From Lophium mytilinum (taxonomy: Eukaryota), in contig MU004182.1 of assembly GCA_010093605.1 (NCBI GenBank), positions 2,651,195-2,715,194 of the forward strand: a stretch of 64,000 bases of DNA, in the 5' to 3' direction. The position numbers and the translations under genes are program-made. How positions within the stretch are numbered: position 1 is the stretch's first letter; every line of letters begins with the position of its first letter. The notes under the pieces were generated by a model, which made no database searches, had not been told where the DNA came from, and worked only from the letters and a program-made list of their open reading frames with translations. This document shows positions 58,451-64,000 of this stretch, one piece after another.

Positions 58451-60171
58451 TCATGAGGACCGAGCAACGACGGGAGGAAGACGGATCTTTCCCTGCATCA
58501 ACCGCATAATCCATAGACCTAGGACTAGTGCCACGTTCAAGCAACTAAACACCAACGAGCCGCCGAAGATGATGGAGTAGAATTTCCAGGCTTCGGTCTG
58601 CGACATCCTTACCACAGTGACCACGATGGCCCATGGAAGCATCCAGAGGAAGTTTGAGCCTAGCGACTGGTAGAGATACCATCGTGGGACTGTAGCCAAC
58701 AAGATTGCAGCAAGTTGGTAATCGATGGCGTAGAAAATGTAGCACCAATCGATATTCTGCGAAGCCGTTAGCAACCTCAAGATCTACCGGGAGGCTGGAA
58801 TACATACACGCCACATCGTCCGGGTAATTTGAGCCACTTCGTCCGAATTGGACAGGTAGAATGCGAATTCCTTCATTCCCCAGAACGACAAAAACAAGCA
58901 GAGCGGTACCTCTATACCGACGGAGAGAAGCGTGGAGACGATTGCCGGGCGGATTATTGCTATAAAACATCAGCAATCGTAGGTTCAACTCTAAGATCTC
59001 GACTTACTCTTTATGTCTTTCCAAGTTGCCGCAGGTTTACGGTCACTGGCCTCCTTCTGCTTTCGCCAATGACCCCATCGATGCCCAATGAAGGTCAAGG
59101 TTGAGTTCTGCAACGCTTGCACTGGCACCATGATAAGGCCCCATCGAATAGTATTGAATACTCCCCAAGCAGTAGCGTATTCTTGCCCAAGCCCGATAAT
59201 GGTGCTAACGACCCATAGATAAAACACGTTCCGAATAAGCGACTCGGTGAAGGTGTACACAGCAGGCCGTGCGAGCACAATCCAGGCCTTGATGTTTGGA
59301 CGCACTTGCTCCTCCGACTCTTCGTGCTGCCGTTCGATCCTCGTAACGAGGTAGATGAAGTACCCAAGCCCAACCAGTGCAGAAGTCATGTCGCAGGCTA
59401 GGCGAATTCCGGCTTGCATGAGGATGGTAGGTTTGAAGGACCCGACGTGGAATTTGGAAATGATAAGGAAATCTAATACGATATTGCAAACCACGCCAAT
59501 CAAGCTAATGACGAAAGGCACGTCTGGTTTATCCAGCGCTCGTGTACACGAGGAGACGGCAACTTGAATAGCGGATGACAGCGCAACCGGTGCTGAGACA
59601 CGGACGTAGTTCAAGGACGATTGTCGAACCTCTCTAGGAACGAACGACGCCGCAAACGACTCCGCAGCCGCTACGAACACTATAGACATGATGAGGCCCA
59701 TGAGGGTTTGGAAGACGACAAGAGTGTACGACAAGCTGAGCCGAGATCGCAAAGAGCGATTGTCTTCATCGCCAATGATGAGCCACGCTGTTCGTGGAAG
59801 GCCTTCGTTCAAAACCTCGGCGACAGTCGAAATGTACGTGTACACATCGGTAGTGACGACATGGCTGGAGTCAATGTTTGCGACCCAGAGTTTGCTGAGA
59901 GTTGAGTACAGTGCTGGCAGTAGGGCTGCGGCGAGGTTCCATCCCAACGATCCCCAGTACCTATCGAAGTCAGCAGAGGCCAAGGCACGTGATGTAACTA
60001 AGCGGATACTCACGTCTTGCGGCTCTGGTGCAACAGTCGATGCCGCTCGTCTGGTTCGCTGTCGGTTTCCGCGTCTTCGTCCCGGTCAACGCGGCTATCC
60101 GAGACAGTCGGCTCCGAATCCTTGCTCGGCAACATGCTGTACCAGTATCGTGAACTCCGCAGCCTTTTCAT
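58451..60171 (-). CDS. Multi-pass membrane protein, MATE-like efflux transporter family
   Basis: Four exons (intron 59961-60013 plus donors GTAAGT ~59007 and GTATGT ~58806); LLPALYSTLSKLWVANID, EVLNEGLPR, CNIVLDFLII, ATAWGVFNTIRWGLIMVP. MATE assignment is by resemblance only. Confidence 0.75.
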
Positions 60172-60837
60172 GTTGAGCTCCTGGGCTTCGGTGGTTTATA
60201 TCTCATGAGTGTGTGCTCGCGGTGAAAGCGGGGTTTGATAAGCCTGGCAAGCGATGTACTGTTTGTGTAACCACAAGCGACGATGCAGTTGGTTGGCTCT
60301 TGCAAACGACTGCTTGGTGGTGTATTTGCTTTTCAACTTGCCTGTACACCAACGAATCAGTAGTAGCGAGCGTCTTGGCGTTGGTAACAGGGAATGCAAT
60401 TACGATCGAATGAGGTTGCTGGCGAGTGTTGTACGCTTCGATATCGCTTTTAATACACATCGATGACTAACATCATACGTTTCTGCCAAGCTTTCGATTC
60501 ACGTCGCCCCGCTCGCTTCGTTGCAAAAATTTGTAAACCAAATGAGCACGGAGAGCTGTTTGATGTTGTCCTTGGTAGACATTGAAGTCATGTAGCTACG
60601 TTGATAGTGAGCTGTCGATAATCCCTTCGGCCAGCCCAGCGTTGTGGGCCGTACTAGTCTTACAGCCATGATGAGTGGCATGTGAATCTAGCCTGTGCCA
60701 TCAATAGACATTCCCGCAGTTCGGAATACATGCCATAAGGCCCTGACTGAACGCTTGCTGCACTGTGGCAGCTACCAGCACCGCAAGCTCTGAAACACAA
60801 AGCTAGAGTGAGAATCACCCTGAGAGATTTGCTCTCC

Positions 60838-61922
60838 TCACTCATCCATCTGCCATGCATACTCCATCTTCGCCAGATCCCCCTTGCGATTCCTCGCCTT
60901 GAACCACTGCCCCTCAAACCCGTTGGCTCGATCGACCCCATCCCACCTGTGGCCAGGCCTGATTCCGTACCGATTCGGGGGTGCCGCCCCTTTATATAGT
61001 GGCCTTCCGGTCCTGCTCTTGCCGCTCTTCTTGCTCTTTACGAATCCAGCCGCAGGGTCATTCCACCGATCTTGCTCTTTCAACTCATCATTCAGCTCCA
61101 CATCATCCACGCCCCTCGACAACTTCATAAACTTCGCATCTTGCAAGTCCTTTTTCCGCTTCTCGGCGTCCAACCGCTGTACATCGCCCTTCGCGGCCTT
61201 CTCTGCCTCTAATTTATCCTTTTCCGCTTTCTCGGCAGCCCGTCGCGCCTCCGCTCGCTTCATGGCTACGTTTATAATCCGGCCAGACGCGTCACGGTAT
61301 ATTGTCTCTCCAGCTCCCATCGCCCCTGTCTCGTGCGCCACGGCGGCGGCTTTAGCCCTGTCCTCTTCTTGGCGCTTCTTCATGGCCGCAGCGACCTGCG
61401 CGGCGGTTTGTAGTCCGGCGTGCGCACCGTTCTCCATCTTCAGTAGGTTCTCTGTATCCAGCATCTCCGGGGCCTCGTCCTCGGCCTCTTCAGCGGCGGT
61501 ACGTGAGTCGGCTGCGGCGGCGATAATGGCATCCGCGGCGGCAGCATTATCGCGAGCTATTTGAGACTTTGTCGAAGGGGCAAGGGCGCCGACGGTCGTC
61601 CAGGAGGTGGAAGCTTTCGAGCCGATAGTGCTGCCGACTGTGGTAATTAAAGTTAGCATTGGTCGCATGTGATTGTAGGATTCCCAGGCATATAGTGGGC
61701 AAGAATTACAGGAGAAAGAAATAGAGCATACCCACCAATTGTGGGTGCCTCATCATCGCTCTGATCGGCCTTGTTCTTCTCGTTCCAGCCTGTGATGTCG
61801 TCGTCGGCGATGATGAGACCGCCTTCGTCATGCTTGCCACCTTTGCGCTTTCGTTTCTTGCTCTTCTTAGCGGGCGGGTCCGCGGTGAGATAGTTCTTTG
61901 CGAGGTAGTCGGCGAGAGACAT
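60838..61922 (-). CDS. BUD13: Pre-mRNA splicing factor Bud13/Cwc26 (RES complex)
   Basis: [57 protein letters not shown]; intron 61638-61735. Confidence 0.96.
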
Positions 61923-62683
61923 GGTGGCGAGGAGTGGTGTTAATGATGGAGGCTAGAAAGTGGTGAGCTCTGATAGATGAAGTTCGATGTCTTGGCGCTG
62001 AGCTATTCTAGCGGGACCTAGGTATCTTTCCCGACCTCCCTGTATTTATTACCACACACCTGGGCACGATTCACAGTCTCCGCCCCATCTTTCTAATTTC
62101 TACCTCAAGCTCGTGTCAAGTCACCTTGTAATATGCAGAGCTATGCGCCAAATCAAGTGTCTATTCAAGCTCACCACAGGAGATCTATGAAGCGAGCGAC
62201 TGACCGCATCTCGAAATCATGGCTCTCTACTCGCTTTCACCAGTCACTTCCCCTGCAACTCTAGAAGCATCATGTCAGTGTTTCGGATCTAGAGCAGATT
62301 ATAGCTAGAAAGTTAGGACATGGATTACTAAGCTGACGATTCCCGCTGCTCAAACGAAACCAACAGATTTATCAGTGCCACTCTTCCCGTTCTCGTCCTA
62401 ATGCGTGTAGTTTTGATTCGGCGAGGTGAAGTCTTATAAGGTCCCATTGTATACAATGCTAGGAATACTTGGCATAGCTTCTAGGACCATCACGAGGAGC
62501 ATATCGAGACCTAGCCAGCCGCTGAGTCAGGATATATTCAATGTTCCGTTGGGGAAACCTCTCGATGCGAAGCGATGCTTGCTGGCTTTATTTCTTCTAG
62601 TATATGAGTACGGTACTGCCTAAATTCCCAATGTCGTTTATTTGCTGGAGAGGAAACTGGCCCTTTCGTATAAGTCCTTCATC

Positions 62684-63337
62684 ATGCTCCATGTCCTCAC
62701 CAGAGTGGCGCTCGCTACTACAGTTTCGACCATTGTCAGATCTCAGGAAGCACTGTCGCCTTTCTCCAATCCTGATCTAAAGGTTGACTCCACGAGCATT
62801 TCAAACATTATAATTACCTCTTCCCGACTCGAATCTACGGCCATTTCTTCCAACGTTGTCGCTTCATCGGAAGCAACACCCTTGGCTTCTGGCTCAACAC
62901 AACCCTCCACTCTTACTACATCCTCGGCATCCCTTACCCCATAAAATACCTCCGTTCCTGCACCCCTTGAACAGGGCCCTGGAGTCCTTGAAGATGACCC
63001 TACACGCGTGGAAATGGATCCAGAGACGAAGTCATTCGGCAACGCGATAGAGATGTAGCTATACGCTGGACTCCTGAAGGACGAACCACTCGAAGCTGGC
63101 ATTGAATCGCCACCAATTGTCTTACCATCGTGTCCTCCCGATGATAATCAAGCAGCCGCCTCCAACACTAAGCGAGGCGGTTTAGCCGGCGCTCTCGGCT
63201 TTCGTCCACGCCCAAAGCGAATATCACTGCCTCCATGCATGCCACAGACCCTAGCACTAGAGATTGCATTCTACTATGTGGCGAGCAACCCCGGCCAGTC
63301 GTGGCCAGCTGGTTTGAAGTCCCGGATACAGGATCAA
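62684..63337 (+). pseudogene. Pseudogene of a secreted pre-pro-protein (two in-frame nonsense codons)
   Basis: Signal-peptide-like MLHVLTRVALATTVSTIVRS. The frame continues through TAA 62942-44 and TAG 63056-58 to ...NTKRGG...RPKRISLPPC...LEIAFYYVAS...RIQDQ|GTGAGT; no downstream exon was found. Confidence 0.7.
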
Positions 63338-63926
63338 GTGAGTTCAAACGCGTGTTCTATTGTATACTCTCTGAAGGAGTTGAAATGATAGTATGTTCTG
63401 TTGAGAAATGCGTAAATACAGTACATATTGTGAGCTGTGGGTGAGGAAAATGACTCGACAAGTAGCGTGCAAATGAGCTATGGCGTTCAAGCTCCCATTG
63501 TCGCGGCCGTCACGCGACCTCCATCGCGATACCTCTCCCTCCCTCCTTGTAGAAGCGTCACGTGCATAAGAGCACGTGAATCTCTCACATGACCTTGCTT
63601 AAGGACATCCGGCCGCTGGTCCTAAGCGCCTCTTCTACGACCTCGTAGCTACTTCGTCTGTATACACCAATACAAGCTCTTCTCTGCGGTTCCCTGTCGC
63701 GCCGTGACACTCTTCATAACCAAGCTGAGTCTTACAGGCAAATTTTGACTGTACTGGCGCCTCTCGGATAGCCACCTGAGGACTACCGTTTGCAAAGAAA
63801 TCTGCAATAGAGCTCGAACAAGCAGGTCTAGATAATATTCAGTGTCTGCAAGCAAAACATCAGAAATAGACTTACTGCGAAAGCTAATGTCCAAGACGTT
63901 AGGCAGGCACTTAAACCGTTAAGCGC

Positions 63927-64000
63927 TCAAGCAGGCAGCTCCTGTGGCTTCCGAGTCATGCCCTGCAGCTCATGCGGCATCACATCCGCCGCCGGCACCT
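63927..64000 (-). CDS. Probable 3' end of a gene entering from the right edge
   Basis: VPAADVMPHELQGMTRKPQELPA*; repeated (H/Q)EL motifs resemble cytoplasmic tails of fungal single-pass membrane proteins. Confidence 0.45.
   Translation of the reverse strand, partial: VPAADVMPHELQGMTRKPQELPA

Noticed and set aside
44571..60171. Secondary-metabolite biosynthetic cluster
   Set aside because: No PKS, NRPS, terpene synthase, DMATS or RiPP precursor in the window; the enzymes look catabolic or detoxifying.

Overview
Eukaryotic, gene-dense DNA from a filamentous ascomycete (Pezizomycotina). Short GT-AG introns with CTRAC/CTAAC-type branch points occur throughout. No rRNA, intact tRNA, transposon or CRISPR array was recognised. 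Left to right the window holds: three clustered RING-finger genes; FAB1 (PI3P 5-kinase) divergent from a TPP1/Est3-type OB-fold telomere protein; a ~1,830-aa chimeric nuclear-looking protein (RGG box, SAP-like motifs, a bacterial RapZ C-terminal-like domain, a C2H2-like finger, an AT-hook and a histone H1-like tail); glutaminyl cyclase; two conserved hypotheticals; and RRN9. A ~29 kb accessory/metabolic block follows: DUF3176, HET domain, ACS-type MFS, HCCA-isomerase-like kappa-GST, salicylate-hydroxylase-like monooxygenase, pyroglutamyl peptidase, P450, a Cys-rich GPI-type gene with a frame break, MCT-type MFS, DszA/DmoA-type monooxygenase, DUR3-like symporter, histidine phosphatase, MDR reductase and a MATE-like protein. 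The window ends with BUD13/CWC26 and a secreted-protein pseudogene. All calls come from reading motifs by eye; no searches were run. The most unusual item is the RapZ-CTD/chromatin-module fusion protein.
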